Source: Vulcanimicrobiota bacterium (GTDB taxonomy: Bacteria > Vulcanimicrobiota > Vulcanimicrobiia > Vulcanimicrobiales > Vulcanimicrobiaceae). From it: DNA of 64,000 nucleotides. The stretch covers positions 384,001-448,000 of the forward strand of contig CAWCIZ010000002.1 of the NCBI GenBank assembly GCA_963795855.1. The letters run 5' to 3'. Of this stretch, positions 1 to 10,555 are shown piece after piece. The notes under the pieces were generated by a model. The model did no database searches, had not been told where the DNA came from, and worked only from the letters and a program-made list of their open reading frames with translations. A program made the translations under genes and the position numbers. Each line of letters opens with the position of its first letter. Position 1 is the stretch's first letter.

Positions 1-2
1 GC

Positions 3-164
3 GGGCTGCAGCAGATGGGACTGATCTCGTACAGTCGCGGACACATGACGATTCGCGATCGTCATGGGCTCGAGGAACGCGCGTGTCCGTGCTACGAAAT
101 CGTGCGCAATATCGCCGGCGGTATATTCCCGAGAGAAAACGAGCAACGTAGGGAAGGCGCGTAG
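3..164 (+). CDS. 3' end of Crp/Fnr-family transcriptional regulator (partial)
   Basis: Manual translation [35 protein letters not shown] matches the typical Crp/Fnr C-terminus (LQ..GLI.Y.RG...DR.GLE..AC.CY); TAG at 162-164. Confidence 0.75.
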   Translation, partial: GLQQMGLISYSRGHMTIRDRHGLEERACPCYEIVRNIAGGIFPRENEQRREGA

Positions 165-405
165 CACATCCCCTAACCGGGCAGGGGTGTTCCAAGTCTT
201 CAGATGCGCGTTTCAAGCCGTGAAACGCGATGCGAGAGCATCGCGAAAACTCTTGTTGCCGCGGGTTCCCTTCGACCTAGGGTTCCAGGGCAGCAAGAGG
301 ACTAGCCCCCTACCCCCTCAAACGGACGTTCGAACTTCCCTTCGGCGTCGCCCAGGATGGCACGCCGGCGGGACTCGCTTTACTGCACTTACCGTAAGGA
401 TTCGC

Positions 406-2541
406 ATGACTTCTGAGAGTGGGATTGGCTCGCTTGTCGCCATTTATTTGGGCTTGGGCGCCGGGGTCGTGGCCATTCTGTATGGCCTGTACCTTATAAG
501 CTGGGTGATGCGGCGCTCCCCGGGCAACGCGCGGATGCAAGAAATTGCCGCAGCGATCCAAGAGGGCGCGATGGCGTTCCTCAAGCGCCAGTACACGACG
601 GTTGCAATCGTGGCAGTCGTGTTGTTCATCGTCATTTGGATCGGCTTAGGTTGGCAGCCCGGCGTGGGCTTTTTGATCGGCGCGGTCCTTTCCGGGGCGG
701 CCGGCTTCATCGGCATGACCGTGTCGGTGCGCGCAAACGTGCGCACGGCAGAGGCGGCGCGCGGCGGATTGAGCCCCGCACTGCACGTTGCCTTTCGCGG
801 CGGCGCGGTAACCGGACTCCTCGTCGTCGGCCTGGGCATTCTCGCGGTCGCAGGCTACTACTGGATTCTCTTGTCAGTGAACGCCGGCACTCCCGATCCG
901 CAAGCTAAATCGCTTGGCGCCATGGTTGGGCTCGCGTTCGGATGCTCGCTGATTTCCGTTTTCGCGCGTTTGGGCGGCGGCATTTACACCAAGGCCGCCG
1001 ACGTCGGCGCAGATTTGGTCGGCAAGGTTGAAGCCGGCATCCCGGAAGACGATCCGCGCAATCCGGCCGTTATTGCGGACAACGTCGGCGATAACGTGGG
1101 CGACTGCGCCGGCATGGCCGCGGACTTGTTCGAAACGTACGTCGTGACGACCGTTGCCGCGATGCTCTTGGGTAATCTCATTCTCGGAAAGATCGCGGGC
1201 GCGACGACGTTTCCGATCGTGCTCGGCGCGGTTTCGATCGTCGCATCGATCATCGGCACGCTCTTCGTCGGCATCGGCAAAGTCGATCGCGCGAAAATCA
1301 TGAACTCGCTCTACGTCGGCCTGGCGATTGCCGGACTGATCTCCGCGGGGGTGTTCTACTGGGTCACCACCAAGCAATTCGGCGGCGGGATTTTCGTCGA
1401 AGGCCGTCACGAAACCGCGGTGGCGATTTGGGGCTGTGCCGCGATCGGTCTCGTGATTACGGGCCTGATCACGTGGATTACGGAGTACTACACCGGCACG
1501 CAGTTCTCGCCGGTGAAACGCATTGCGAACGCATCGATTACCGGACACGCTACGAACATCATAAGCGGGCTTGCGGTGTCGATGCAGGCAACGGCGCTGC
1601 CGGGCCTGGTCATCGTCATCGGCATCCTGTGCTCGTACGCGCTTTCAGGCTTGTACGGCGTGGGCATTGCGGTGATGGCGATGCTGTCGATGGCCGGTAT
1701 CATCGTCGCGATCGATTCCTTCGGACCGATCACCGACAACGCGGGCGGCATCGCGGAAATGGCCGAGCTGCCGCAGGAGGTTCGCAACGTCACCGATCCC
1801 TTGGACGCGGTCGGCAACACCACGAAGGCCGTCACGAAAGGCTATGCGATCGGTTCGGCGGGACTTGCGGCGATCGTGCTGTTCGCGTCGTTCCTTCAGG
1901 AACTGGCGAACCACTGTTCCGCAGCCGGGATGCACTGTCCGGCGAATTTGCAGGGCGAGTTCATCATCAGCAATCCGTTCGTACTCGCCGGATTGCTGAT
2001 CGGCGGCATGCTTCCGTTCTTCTTCTCTTCACTATCGATGGAAGCGGTCGGCCGCGCGGGCGGCAAAGTGGTCGAGAACGTGCGCATGCAGTTCAAGAAC
2101 AATCCGGGCATCATGGCGGGAACTTCGCGTCCCGATTACGCCTCGACCGTCGACATCGTTACGCGGGCGGCGCTGAAAGAAATGATCGTGCCGGCGCTCA
2201 TACCGGTCGGCGTTCCAGTGATCGTCGTGATCTTGGGAGCGATCCACGTGTTTCCGGGAATCGCGGCCGCGCAAATCATGGGCGGCATTCTCGTCGGTGC
2301 AATCGTCACCGGGCTCTTCCTCGCGATCGCGATGACCAGCGGGGGCGGCGCGTGGGACAATGCAAAGAAGTATATCGAAGACGGGCATAACGGCGGCAAA
2401 GGTTCCGACGCGCACAAAGCGGCGGTAACGGGCGACACGGTGGGCGATCCGTACAAAGACACGGCCGGCCCAGCCATCAACCCGATGATTAAGGTGCTCA
2501 ACATCGTTGCGCTTTTGCTCGTGGCCTTTATGATTCACTAG
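406..2541 (+). CDS. hppA: Membrane H+-translocating pyrophosphatase, probably K+-independent type
   Basis: Motifs [44 protein letters not shown] has Lys at the K+-dependence position; start moved to ATG 406 after TAAGGA RBS. Confidence 0.95.
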   Translation: MTSESGIGSLVAIYLGLGAGVVAILYGLYLISWVMRRSPGNARMQEIAAAIQEGAMAFLKRQYTTVAIVAVVLFIVIWIGLGWQPGVGFLIGAVLSGAAGFIGMTVSVRANVRTAEAARGGLSPALHVAFRGGAVTGLLVVGLGILAVAGYYWILLSVNAGTPDPQAKSLGAMVGLAFGCSLISVFARLGGGIYTKAADVGADLVGKVEAGIPEDDPRNPAVIADNVGDNVGDCAGMAADLFETYVVTTVAAMLLGNLILGKIAGATTFPIVLGAVSIVASIIGTLFVGIGKVDRAKIMNSLYVGLAIAGLISAGVFYWVTTKQFGGGIFVEGRHETAVAIWGCAAIGLVITGLITWITEYYTGTQFSPVKRIANASITGHATNIISGLAVSMQATALPGLVIVIGILCSYALSGLYGVGIAVMAMLSMAGIIVAIDSFGPITDNAGGIAEMAELPQEVRNVTDPLDAVGNTTKAVTKGYAIGSAGLAAIVLFASFLQELANHCSAAGMHCPANLQGEFIISNPFVLAGLLIGGMLPFFFSSLSMEAVGRAGGKVVENVRMQFKNNPGIMAGTSRPDYASTVDIVTRAALKEMIVPALIPVGVPVIVVILGAIHVFPGIAAAQIMGGILVGAIVTGLFLAIAMTSGGGAWDNAKKYIEDGHNGGKGSDAHKAAVTGDTVGDPYKDTAGPAINPMIKVLNIVALLLVAFMIH

Positions 2542-2644
2542 CCGGCGAAACGCCGGTTTCGGCGAGCGATTCGAACGAGCGTTCTCTTGCGAGAGGGCGC
2601 TCGTTTCGTTTTCGTTAGTCTGCGCAGAGAGGAATATATCGCGC

Positions 2645-3553
2645 ATGAACCGCTTCGTCGCCGTGCTCACCGCAGCTGCTCTGGCGTTGGCCTGCGCCGC
2701 GCCAGGGCTTGCGTACACGCAAGAACAGCAGACCGAACTGCAAATCGGGCAGCAAGAGTACCAGCAACTGCAGCAAAAGGGCGAAATCGTCACCAACTCG
2801 CCCTACTATGACGTCCTCAACCCGATCGCGCAGCGGATTGCGCGCGTCGCGGACTCGCAGTACTTCGTTCCATTTCACTTCATCTTGGTGAACGAGACGG
2901 ACCCGAATGCATTCGCGGTCCCGGGCGGCAACGTGTACGTGACGACGGCGATGATGCGTTTCGTGAAGAACAAGGAAGAGTTGGCGGGCGTGCTGTGCCA
3001 CGAGACCTCGCACGACATCCATCACGACGTGTACAACTTATACGTAAAGGATCAGCGGCTCTCGCTGTATGCCACGGGTCTGAGCATTTTGCTGGGCGGA
3101 CGCAGCCAACTCGCCAACACGCTCATCAATTTCGCCGCGAACATTCAGGCGCTTCATTTTTCTCGCAACGTTGAAGAGGACGCGGATCACAAAGGCGCGA
3201 TCACGTGCGCGCAGGCGGGACTGGATCCCTACGGCATGGTCTGGTTGATGCAGGCGTTCCAAAACAGCAACATGGCAAATCCGCCGGAGTTTTTGTCCGA
3301 TCACCCGAGCGACGTCCATCGCGTTCAAGCGCTGCAGAGCGAGTTCGCTGCGGATCCCTCGCTGTTCGGGAATTACAATCCGAACTCCGCGTGCGGCACG
3401 CCGCTGAGTTATTCGGGTTTTTACGATCAATACCGCGGTGGCTGCGGAGCAGTACGGCGTCAATCGAGTGCGGGCCAGGCGCATGCGAGACCCGCTTCGC
3501 CGGCACGACCTGGTGCGAAGCCCACCTGTCCGCCGAATTGGAAGTACTGCTAA
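2645..3553 (+). CDS. Secreted M48-family zinc metalloprotease
   Basis: Signal peptide; PNAFAVPGG, ELAGVLCHETSH (HExxH), FSRNVEEDAD, FLSDHP. Confidence 0.88.
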   Translation: MNRFVAVLTAAALALACAAPGLAYTQEQQTELQIGQQEYQQLQQKGEIVTNSPYYDVLNPIAQRIARVADSQYFVPFHFILVNETDPNAFAVPGGNVYVTTAMMRFVKNKEELAGVLCHETSHDIHHDVYNLYVKDQRLSLYATGLSILLGGRSQLANTLINFAANIQALHFSRNVEEDADHKGAITCAQAGLDPYGMVWLMQAFQNSNMANPPEFLSDHPSDVHRVQALQSEFAADPSLFGNYNPNSACGTPLSYSGFYDQYRGGCGAVRRQSSAGQAHARPASPARPGAKPTCPPNWKYC

Positions 3554-3560
3554 GACCGGC

Positions 3561-4286
3561 CTACCAGCTGCCCGAAGCGCCGCCTCCGCCGAAGCCGATT
3601 CCCGAGAACCCGCCGGAAATTCCACCGCCCGAAAAACCGCCGCCTCCGCCGCCGCCGTACCAGCCGCCACCCAGGCCGGAGCCCCAATACCACATCGAGC
3701 GGCCGCGTCTGCTGAAAAGCGAACCGATGAACAGCATAAATAGCGTGATGGCGATGACTGCGATGATCAGCACGGCGACCGCATCGCTGGAGTTCAGCGT
3801 TTCGGGCGCAGGCGTTGCTTGAGCGTTCGTGCGGTTCTTGAACGACGGCGTGATCGTGAGCAGCATGCCGTTTACGCCGCCGGCGATTGCACCGTCGACG
3901 TCGCCGGCGCGCATCCGCGGCACGATCGTATCGCGAATGATGCGGCTGCTGTCCGCGTCCGTAAGTGACGACTCCAACCCGTATCCGACTTCGATGCGAA
4001 CTTTGTGATCTTGCATGAACGCAAAGAGCACCGCTCCTTTGTCGTTCGCGCCGCGCAGCTTCCATTTCTCGGCCGCGTTGACCGTCCAGTCTTCCAGCGG
4101 CGTATCGCCGGTCGTCCGGTCGACGTAGACGATGATGCGGTTGCCTGTTGCATCGTAATACGATTGCAATTCTTGGGAGATCGATTGGGCGGCAGACGCG
4201 CTGAGCGCGTGCGCATTATCGGTGACGTACTCCTGCGGCGCGGGCGGCACCGCCACCGTCGCGGCGAAAACGAGCGCTGCGATCAT
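3561..4286 (-). CDS. TPM-domain protein with Gly-rich C-terminus (YgcG-like)
   Basis: VTDNAHALS, RIEVGYGLE, FGGGGASGSW; ATG overlaps the upstream TGA. Confidence 0.88.
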   Translation of the reverse strand: MIAALVFAATVAVPPAPQEYVTDNAHALSASAAQSISQELQSYYDATGNRIIVYVDRTTGDTPLEDWTVNAAEKWKLRGANDKGAVLFAFMQDHKVRIEVGYGLESSLTDADSSRIIRDTIVPRMRAGDVDGAIAGGVNGMLLTITPSFKNRTNAQATPAPETLNSSDAVAVLIIAVIAITLFMLFIGSLFSRRGRSMWYWGSGLGGGWYGGGGGGGFSGGGISGGFSGIGFGGGGASGSW

Positions 4287-4666
4287 ACCGTCACCTTCGC
4301 CGGAAAGTGCGCGCGCAACTGATCGCCGACACGAGCGATGCCGAGCTCGAGTGCGGCGGTAGGGTCGCCCTTCGCGAAATAGGGCTGCATCTCGTCGACG
4401 AGCCGCGTCCAAAACTTCTCGCCGACGCGATCGTGAATGGCTTCGTCGCCGAAGACGGAGAAGCGCCGCGCCTTCGGCGCGACGAAAAATACGACGGCGT
4501 TGCGGTGGCGGTGCTCGTGCATATGCGCGGCCGCGAAATGCCGGCGCGCGTCCTCCAGCGCATCTGCGCTGCCGTGGGGGACGATCCGCACGCCGATTCG
4601 GCCCGTGGTTCCGTGCTCGGCGGCGTCGATCGCCTTGCGGATTCGAGCCCCGTCCGGAGGTTTCAC
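4283..4666 (-). CDS. TPM-domain protein (DUF477-like)
   Basis: AIDAAEHGTTGRI, RNAVVFFVA, FGDEAIH; typical lemA-TPM-TPM context. Confidence 0.85.
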   Translation of the reverse strand: MKPPDGARIRKAIDAAEHGTTGRIGVRIVPHGSADALEDARRHFAAAHMHEHRHRNAVVFFVAPKARRFSVFGDEAIHDRVGEKFWTRLVDEMQPYFAKGDPTAALELGIARVGDQLRAHFPAKVTV

Positions 4667-5291
4667 GGGAAGTTCACTTGCGGCGCCGTCTGCGCGCCCG
4701 GCTGCGCTTGGAAGTACGACTTGTCGTTGAAGCGCGCTCCGAAAAAGTTCGCGTACACGTTCGTCGGGAAGGTATTGCGGCGCGTGTTGAACGCTTGCGC
4801 CGCTTCGTTGTACCGGCGGCGTTCGACCGCGATGCGGTTTTCAGTCCCTTCGACTGCGCTTGCAGTGTGAGAAAGTTCTCGTTCGCCTTGAGTTGCGGGT
4901 AATTTTCAACCGTGACGAGCAGCCGGGAAAGCGCACCGCCGAGCGAATCTTGCGCCTGCTGGAACTGCGCCATCGCTCTGGGGTCATTAACGGCGTTTTT
5001 CACCACGTCGGGCGAGAGCTGACCGACGCTCGCCCGTGCTTGCGTCACGGCGATATACGTGCTCTTCTCGAAACTTGCCGCGCCTTTGACGGTTGCAACG
5101 AGGTTGGGAACGAGATCGGCGCGCCGCTGGTACACGTTTTGCACCTGCCCCCATTGGGCATCGACGGCTTGACCGAGACCGACGAGCGCGTTGTACGACG
5201 AGATCATCGTAATAACGATGATGATGCCGACGGCGAGCGCGATCCAGCCTGCGTACGAGCGCCGTTGCGGCTGTATCTGTTGCATGTGCAT
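4663..5291 (-). CDS. lemA: LemA family protein, frameshift near 4853 (probable sequencing indel)
   Basis: YQRRADLVPNLV and ENYPQLKANENF; continues in another frame as EGTENRIAVERRRYNEA...FPTNVYA. Confidence 0.9.
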
Positions 5292-5313
5292 CTCCCCTCG
5301 CGAGCGTTGTACT

Positions 5314-5847
5314 CTAGATGGAACGCGGTTGTTGCATGCCCGTGCTGATTCGGTATTTTTGGTAGATGGCGTAGTATGACGTTATGAGGGCGGCGATGGC
5401 AAAGGCCAGGAGCGCGTCTCCGCCCAGCGCGGCGCCGGACCGCGCCTGCGGCAGGAACGCGCGCAACGCGGCGCGCGCGAGGAACGCCACGAGCCAAATC
5501 CCGATGATGACGGGCGAACTGCGCACGTACATCACGCCTGGGCGGTCGGTGGGTTTGACGTCGCTATGCCGGCCGCGCAGCAGTCCCAGCGGAATGCCGA
5601 GCGCAGCGCCGACGATCATCAGCGCGGCGATCTGCCAGGCGGCAGGCGGAAGCTGTCCGCGCAGCATCGACGCGTACGTGTTCGCCCAAATGCTGAAGCC
5701 CGTGAGGGCGAGCAAGACGATCGGCACGATCCACAAACGCGTGAGGCTCATACGCTGCGGGCGCGCCATACGCCACACGAACAGCGCGATGATGACGACG
5801 TAAAACAGCGCGGTCATGGCGAAGGGCGGCTGATGTTCCGGCTGCAT
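5314..5847 (-). CDS. Membrane protein, CcdC/DUF1453-like
   Basis: About 5 hydrophobic segments; RLWIVP and GLLRG patterns. Confidence 0.55.
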   Translation of the reverse strand: MQPEHQPPFAMTALFYVVIIALFVWRMARPQRMSLTRLWIVPIVLLALTGFSIWANTYASMLRGQLPPAAWQIAALMIVGAALGIPLGLLRGRHSDVKPTDRPGVMYVRSSPVIIGIWLVAFLARAALRAFLPQARSGAALGGDALLAFAIAALITSYYAIYQKYRISTGMQQPRSI

Positions 5848-5925
5848 TCAATAACACTCCGTCGGAAAGCAGAAACGGCGGCCTCCTTACGGAACCCGCC
5901 GTCTACTTTTCTGCGCGAGCCGCCT

Positions 5926-6360
5926 TTACTTCTTTACCATGATGTTTTGATCGGGGCCCTGACCGTCAATTTGGATGACCGACGGGGCCGATCGCGTAAA
6001 GGCGTAATGCCGCACGTTTGCCGGCATCGCAACGAAACTGCCGGGCGGGAACGCGGCGGCCTTGGCTTTATCCAGAGTCGAGCCGACTCCCGCGTAGAAC
6101 ATTCCCGAAATAACCGTCACGTTTTCCTGGCGCGGATGGTAGTGCACGCCGAAAGTCCAGTTCGGCGGCAATTTAAGACGCAGTACGTAAAACCCGGGCT
6201 TTGAGGGGTCGCCGTACAACACGGCCATCGACGATTTGTCCGGCTGCGGCGCCCATGCGATCTGATTCGGCATGACGATCTTCGGGCTAGGACCTGCCCA
6301 TGCCGCGGCGCACAAACCGAGCGCGATGGCGAACGCGAGTACAACACGCATTGTATGCAT
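5926..6360 (-). CDS. Secreted cupin-domain protein (DUF4437-like)
   Basis: Signal peptide; LYGDPSKPGFY, HYHPRQENVTVISG, PANVRHYA. Confidence 0.8.
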   Translation of the reverse strand: MHTMRVVLAFAIALGLCAAAWAGPSPKIVMPNQIAWAPQPDKSSMAVLYGDPSKPGFYVLRLKLPPNWTFGVHYHPRQENVTVISGMFYAGVGSTLDKAKAAAFPPGSFVAMPANVRHYAFTRSAPSVIQIDGQGPDQNIMVKK

Positions 6361-6396
6361 AGCCTGCACCTCCGGCAAAAAGGTAGCACAGCGTCA

Positions 6397-6432
6397 AACA
6401 AAAACCCACCGTGCCATTCGGCCCGGTGGGTG
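6397..6432 (-). terminator. Probable intrinsic terminator of rplJL
   Basis: ACCCACCG/CGGTGGGT stem followed by TTTTGTTT on the - strand. Confidence 0.55.
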
Positions 6433-6434
6433 CA

Positions 6435-6684
6435 TTTTGCGGCAACGCTGGAGCGGCCGGCACGATAACGTTGTAAACGTCTATTTCGCTCGGGCGATCC
6501 GGGGCGCCGAAAGCCGACGTGTGCTACGGCACACGAGGGTTTTCGGCAACGCTGGAGCGGCCAGCACGATAACGGTGTAAACGTCTATTTCGCTCGGGCG
6601 ATCCGAGGCGCCGAACGCCGACGTGTGCTACGGCACACGAGGGTTTTCGGCAACGCTGGAGCGGCCAGCGAAATAACGTTTTTA
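6435..6684. repeat. Tandem 104-bp palindromic element (2 full copies plus 1 partial), MITE/ERIC-like
   Basis: GGCAACGCTGGAGCGGCC at 6441, 6545 and 6649 (period 104); each unit folds into a long hairpin capped by CGTGTGC-TACG-GCACACG. Confidence 0.9.
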
Positions 6685-7059
6685 CTTGATTTCGACTTTT
6701 GCGCCGGCTTCTTCAAGTTTCTTCTTGACCGCCTCCGCCTCGTCTTTGCTCACGCCTTCCTTCACGGCTTTGGGCGCGCTCTCGACGAACGTCTTGGCTT
6801 CGGTCAGACCGAGGCTGGTGAGTTCGCGAACGGCTTTGATGACTTTGATTTTTTCCGGTCCGGCTTCGGCGAGCACGACGTCGAATTCCGTCTTCTCGGC
6901 GACCGGAGCGGCTGCTCCCGCGCCTGCGCCCGGAGCGGCCATCATCATCGCCGGGGCGGCGGCGCTGACGCCATACTTGTCTTCGAGCTGCTTGACGAGA
7001 TCCGCGAGCTCCAGCACGGTGAGCTTATCGATTGAATCGATGATTTCGGCAACTGGCAT
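6682..7059 (-). CDS. rplL: 50S ribosomal protein L7/L12
   Basis: [40 protein letters not shown]. Confidence 0.98.
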   Translation of the reverse strand: MPVAEIIDSIDKLTVLELADLVKQLEDKYGVSAAAPAMMMAAPGAGAGAAAPVAEKTEFDVVLAEAGPEKIKVIKAVRELTSLGLTEAKTFVESAPKAVKEGVSKDEAEAVKKKLEEAGAKVEIK

Positions 7060-7184
7060 GATACGTTGAGGTCTCCTTTAAAGAAAAATTCACTGCGCGA
7101 ATTTTTGGCGCTTCATACCGCTTTGCAACGGTGCAGCAAAAACGGTATTGCGCGCCCCGCCCAAACTATCGCGGGCGGGTCCTG

Positions 7185-7718
7185 CTAAGCGTTGGAACCC
7201 GCGGCTTCTTTTTGCTCGCGGATGGCGTTGAGGGCGCGGACGAGACCGCTTTGATTGCCCGAAAGCACGGTGACCAGACCGCGCAGCGGGCTTGCGATGG
7301 AACCGACCATCTTCGCGAGTAATTCTTCGCGCGAAGGCAGCGCCGCGAGCACCTTGACGGCGGCGGCATCGAGCACGCGGCCTTCGACGTATGCGGCTTT
7401 GACTTCGATCGGTTTGACCTCGTCCGAGAATTTCTTGATCGCCTTGGCCGGGCCCACCGGATCTTTTCCGGCGAACACGACGGCGGTCGGGCCGTGGAGA
7501 AACTGCTCGAGTTGCTTGGCGAGTTCGTCGCCGGCGGCAATCGAAAACAGCGTGTTTTTTGCGACCGCGTACGAGCTGCCGTCTTTGCGAAGCTCGCCGC
7601 GCAAGCGCGTGATCTCTTCGACGGTCAGTCCCGCATAGTTCGTGAAGAACAGATTACCGGAACCCGAGATGCGATCTTTGAGTTCCGAAATCGCGGCTTC
7701 TTTTTTTGCGGTTGGCAT
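7185..7718 (-). CDS. rplJ: 50S ribosomal protein L10
   Basis: YAGLTV, VAKNTL, LAALPSREELLA; start MPTAKK with GGGAG RBS. Confidence 0.97.
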   Translation of the reverse strand: MPTAKKEAAISELKDRISGSGNLFFTNYAGLTVEEITRLRGELRKDGSSYAVAKNTLFSIAAGDELAKQLEQFLHGPTAVVFAGKDPVGPAKAIKKFSDEVKPIEVKAAYVEGRVLDAAAVKVLAALPSREELLAKMVGSIASPLRGLVTVLSGNQSGLVRALNAIREQKEAAGSNA

Positions 7719-7737
7719 AAAGCTCCCTAAAAAGAAT

Positions 7738-7884
7738 AAAGCGCTCCATCCGCACCGGAGGAACGCCATTACGCCAGAGCAGACGCGCCGAACTACACGC
7801 TCGGCCGCTCGAAAGCATCAATCACGTCCTCGGTAGGCGTCGCTTGCGACATTAAAGCCCTTGCGGGCGGCCTACGGTCATCGG
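7738..7884 (-). promoter_or_regulatory. Ribosomal protein L10 leader (autoregulatory RNA)
   Basis: - strand CCGATGACCGTAGG...TTAA...CCTACCGAGG is the characteristic L10-leader core, directly upstream of rplJ; 3' boundary approximate. Confidence 0.8.
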
Positions 7885-7972
7885 AGCCGTCCGTCATCAT
7901 AACAAATACCGGGGTGCGCAGCAAGCGCCGACGAAAGTGGCACCCCGGGTCGCCGACAAGGAGGCCAGTTCG

Positions 7973-8647
7973 ATGAACCGCAAGACGTTTCTCATGTCGA
8001 CGTCAGCTTTAGGTGCTGCCTGCGAGTTTCCGATCGCGGCTGGGGCCGCGAACGCGCATGCGGCGATGTCCGCGCCCGAGGCGCTGGCGGCGCTTCTGGA
8101 GGGCAACGCGCGCTTTGCCGCCGGGAATCCGACCTGCCGCCCGCTTATGGAGCGAGTGCGCGAACTGGCGAACGGACAAGCGCCGTTCGCTACGGTCTTG
8201 GGATGCGCGGATTCACGCGTCCCGGTGGAGACGATTTTCGATCGCGAGCCCGGCGACATCTTCGTGATCCGGCTGGCCGGGAATTTCGTCACCGAGGCAG
8301 CGCTCGGCTCGATCGAATACGCCGTGCAAGTGTTGAAATCACCGCTGGTGCTGGTGCTCGGACATACGTCATGCGGCGCGGTGAAGGCGGCGGTCGATTT
8401 CGTCGAAACCGGCGCGACGCTTCCCGGACATATGCAAACCCTGGCCGGGGCGATCGAGCCGGCTGCTAAAGCGGTGCGCGCGGAGGCGGGCGATTGGTGG
8501 CATAACGCCGTGATCGAAAACGTCCGCATGAATGCGGCACACTTGCGCGCGTCGACTCCGATTCTCAGCGAAGCGGTCGCAAAACACGACGTACAGATCA
8601 AAGGCGGCGTGTACGATCTGAGCACCGGGCACGTCACGCTCGTCTAA
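7973..8647 (+). CDS. Beta-class carbonic anhydrase with Tat-like signal
   Basis: LEGNARF, GCADSRV, GHTSCGAV zinc ligands; N-terminus MNRKTFL; AAGGAGG RBS. Confidence 0.92.
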   Translation: MNRKTFLMSTSALGAACEFPIAAGAANAHAAMSAPEALAALLEGNARFAAGNPTCRPLMERVRELANGQAPFATVLGCADSRVPVETIFDREPGDIFVIRLAGNFVTEAALGSIEYAVQVLKSPLVLVLGHTSCGAVKAAVDFVETGATLPGHMQTLAGAIEPAAKAVRAEAGDWWHNAVIENVRMNAAHLRASTPILSEAVAKHDVQIKGGVYDLSTGHVTLV

Positions 8648-8717
8648 CGTTTACGTTTTCGCGGCGTAATCCGTATGGCTCATCCCCTACGCGAAGCGCA
8701 CCGCGAAGGCGTACTTT

Positions 8718-9320
8718 ATGTCTATGCCTATTTCTGCGGTCATGTTTTTCAGATCCGGCGGCAACGCGCGCGCGCTCTACGACGACGTCATCGATGAAAT
8801 GGGCGTGCGCGACAACGCTCCGCGCGGCGCGATCTATCATTGGTGCGCGCCGGTCGAGGGAGGCTTGCGCGCGTGCGACGCGTGGGAGACGCGCGAAGAT
8901 TTCGAACGTTTCGCGCACGATTTCATCGGACCCGCTAGTGTCAAACACGGCTTGGCGGCGCCGGACGTGGACGTGCAAACGATTCACGAACTGATCGTCG
9001 GACGCGAAACGTCGCGCGCGGGAACGGGCGTATTCCTCGACTTTGACGGGGACAGCGACGAGTTGCTTCGCAAGATCGACTCCGTCAACGAGCGTCTACA
9101 CGTCACGGCGCAACCGCCCGAGGGGCTGGCATTTCACTGGTCGGCTCCCTCGGCGAAGGGCGTGCGCGTGATCGATCACTGGCGCTCGCGCGAAGACTTC
9201 GAGCGATTCGTCCAAACGCGGCTCGCCGACGCGCTCGGGCGCGTTAGCGTGCCGCAGCCGCGCATTCAGTACTTCGAGGTGTACAACACGATCGACCGGC
9301 GGGTAGCGGCGCGGTTGTAA
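8718..9320 (+). CDS. Hypothetical protein with internally duplicated domain (ABM/dimeric barrel-like)
   Basis: Two copies of P.G..[YF]HW.AP...G.R..D.W..REDFERF. Confidence 0.7.
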   Translation: MSMPISAVMFFRSGGNARALYDDVIDEMGVRDNAPRGAIYHWCAPVEGGLRACDAWETREDFERFAHDFIGPASVKHGLAAPDVDVQTIHELIVGRETSRAGTGVFLDFDGDSDELLRKIDSVNERLHVTAQPPEGLAFHWSAPSAKGVRVIDHWRSREDFERFVQTRLADALGRVSVPQPRIQYFEVYNTIDRRVAARL

Positions 9321-9344
9321 AGCCGCGCCGCTGCACGGTGCGAG

Positions 9345-10046
9345 TTATGCGTGCGTTTTCACGCGATTCGGATCGACCTTTACGCCGGGTCCCATCGTGC
9401 TGGTCAGCGTAATGCTTCGCAGATACGTGCCCTTGGCAGCGGCCGGCTTGGCGCGAACGATCGCGTCGAGCAGCGTCGCGACGTTTTCTGCGAGCTGCTC
9501 TTCGCCGAAACTTGCCTTTCCGACGATCGTGTGAATGATTCCGCTCTTGTCCAGACGGTACTCGACTTTACCGGCTTTGATGTCGCGAATCGCGCCCGCG
9601 ATGTTCGCGGAAACCGTACCAGCCTTCGGGTTCGGCATTTTCTGCGCGAGAATACGGCCGAGTTCCTTACCAACCCCCGCCATCATGTCGGGCGTCGCAA
9701 CGGCAACGTCGAAGTCGGCGAAGCCGCCCTTCACTTTGTCGATTAGGTCTTGCTCGCCGACGACGTCGGCCCCGGCGGCTTGCGCCGCCTTGGCATTGTC
9801 GCCTTTCGCAAACGCGATGACCCGAACGGTGCGGCCCGTGCCGTGCGGCAGCAAAACGGTGCCGCGCACGTTCTGATCGCTCTTCTTCGGATCCACGCCC
9901 AAGCGGATGTGCGCTTCGACGGTTTCGTCGAATTTCGCGCTTGCGTTCTTCTTCACGATCGCGACGGCTTCGGTCGCGTCGAACAGTTGCTTGCGATCGT
10001 ACGTTCCGGCGACGGCGCGGAAACGCTTACCGTGAAAACGTGCCAT
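9345..10046 (-). CDS. rplA: 50S ribosomal protein L1
   Basis: [36 protein letters not shown]. Confidence 0.98.
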   Translation of the reverse strand: MARFHGKRFRAVAGTYDRKQLFDATEAVAIVKKNASAKFDETVEAHIRLGVDPKKSDQNVRGTVLLPHGTGRTVRVIAFAKGDNAKAAQAAGADVVGEQDLIDKVKGGFADFDVAVATPDMMAGVGKELGRILAQKMPNPKAGTVSANIAGAIRDIKAGKVEYRLDKSGIIHTIVGKASFGEEQLAENVATLLDAIVRAKPAAAKGTYLRSITLTSTMGPGVKVDPNRVKTHA

Positions 10047-10470
10047 TACGCTTCCACCTCCACGCCCATCGAACGCGCCGTTCCGGCAATGATCAGCTTG
10101 GCGGCGTCGATGTCGTTGGCGTTGATGTCGGGCATCTTCACCTTCGCGATCTCCTCGAGCTGCGATTGCGGAGCTTGCCGACTTTGTTGCGGTTCGGCTC
10201 TTTCGAACCGGACTCGATTTTCAACGCCTGCTTGATGAGGAACGACGCCGGCGGCGTCTTCGTAATGAACGTGAACGTGCGATCTTCGAATACTGTAATC
10301 TCGACCGGAATGATCATGCCCGCCTGCGAGGCAGTACGTTCGTTGTACTGCTTGCAAAAGTCCATGATATTCAAACTGTACGGTCCGAGTGCGGGACCGA
10401 TCGGGGGCGCGGGCGTTGCTTTCCCGGCCGGAATTTGCAGGCCGATCTTGCCTACGACTTTCTTCGCCAT
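10046..10470 (-). CDS. rplK: 50S ribosomal protein L11, frameshift near 10170 (probable sequencing indel)
   Basis: N-half [17 protein letters not shown]-half [13 protein letters not shown]...GTARSMG is in a second frame. Confidence 0.95.
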
Positions 10471-10555
10471 TGTTTACCTTTCGTTCCTAAGAACTGCCCC
10501 TACCTAAACTCACGCGCCCGGGGTCGCTGCCGCGTGAGAATCCGTCAGCGAAACG

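Noticed and set aside
6435..6684. Mini-CRISPR
   Set aside because: The whole 104-bp unit is repeated; there is no variable spacer.
10046..10470. Programmed frameshift or pseudogene in rplK (likewise cysS, ispD)
   Set aside because: No slippery site; these are conserved core genes, and the window-wide indel pattern favours sequencing error.
10471..10555. L1-binding leader upstream of rplK
   Set aside because: A hairpin is present (CTCACGCG/CGCGTGAG) but I could not identify the canonical L1-binding internal loop.
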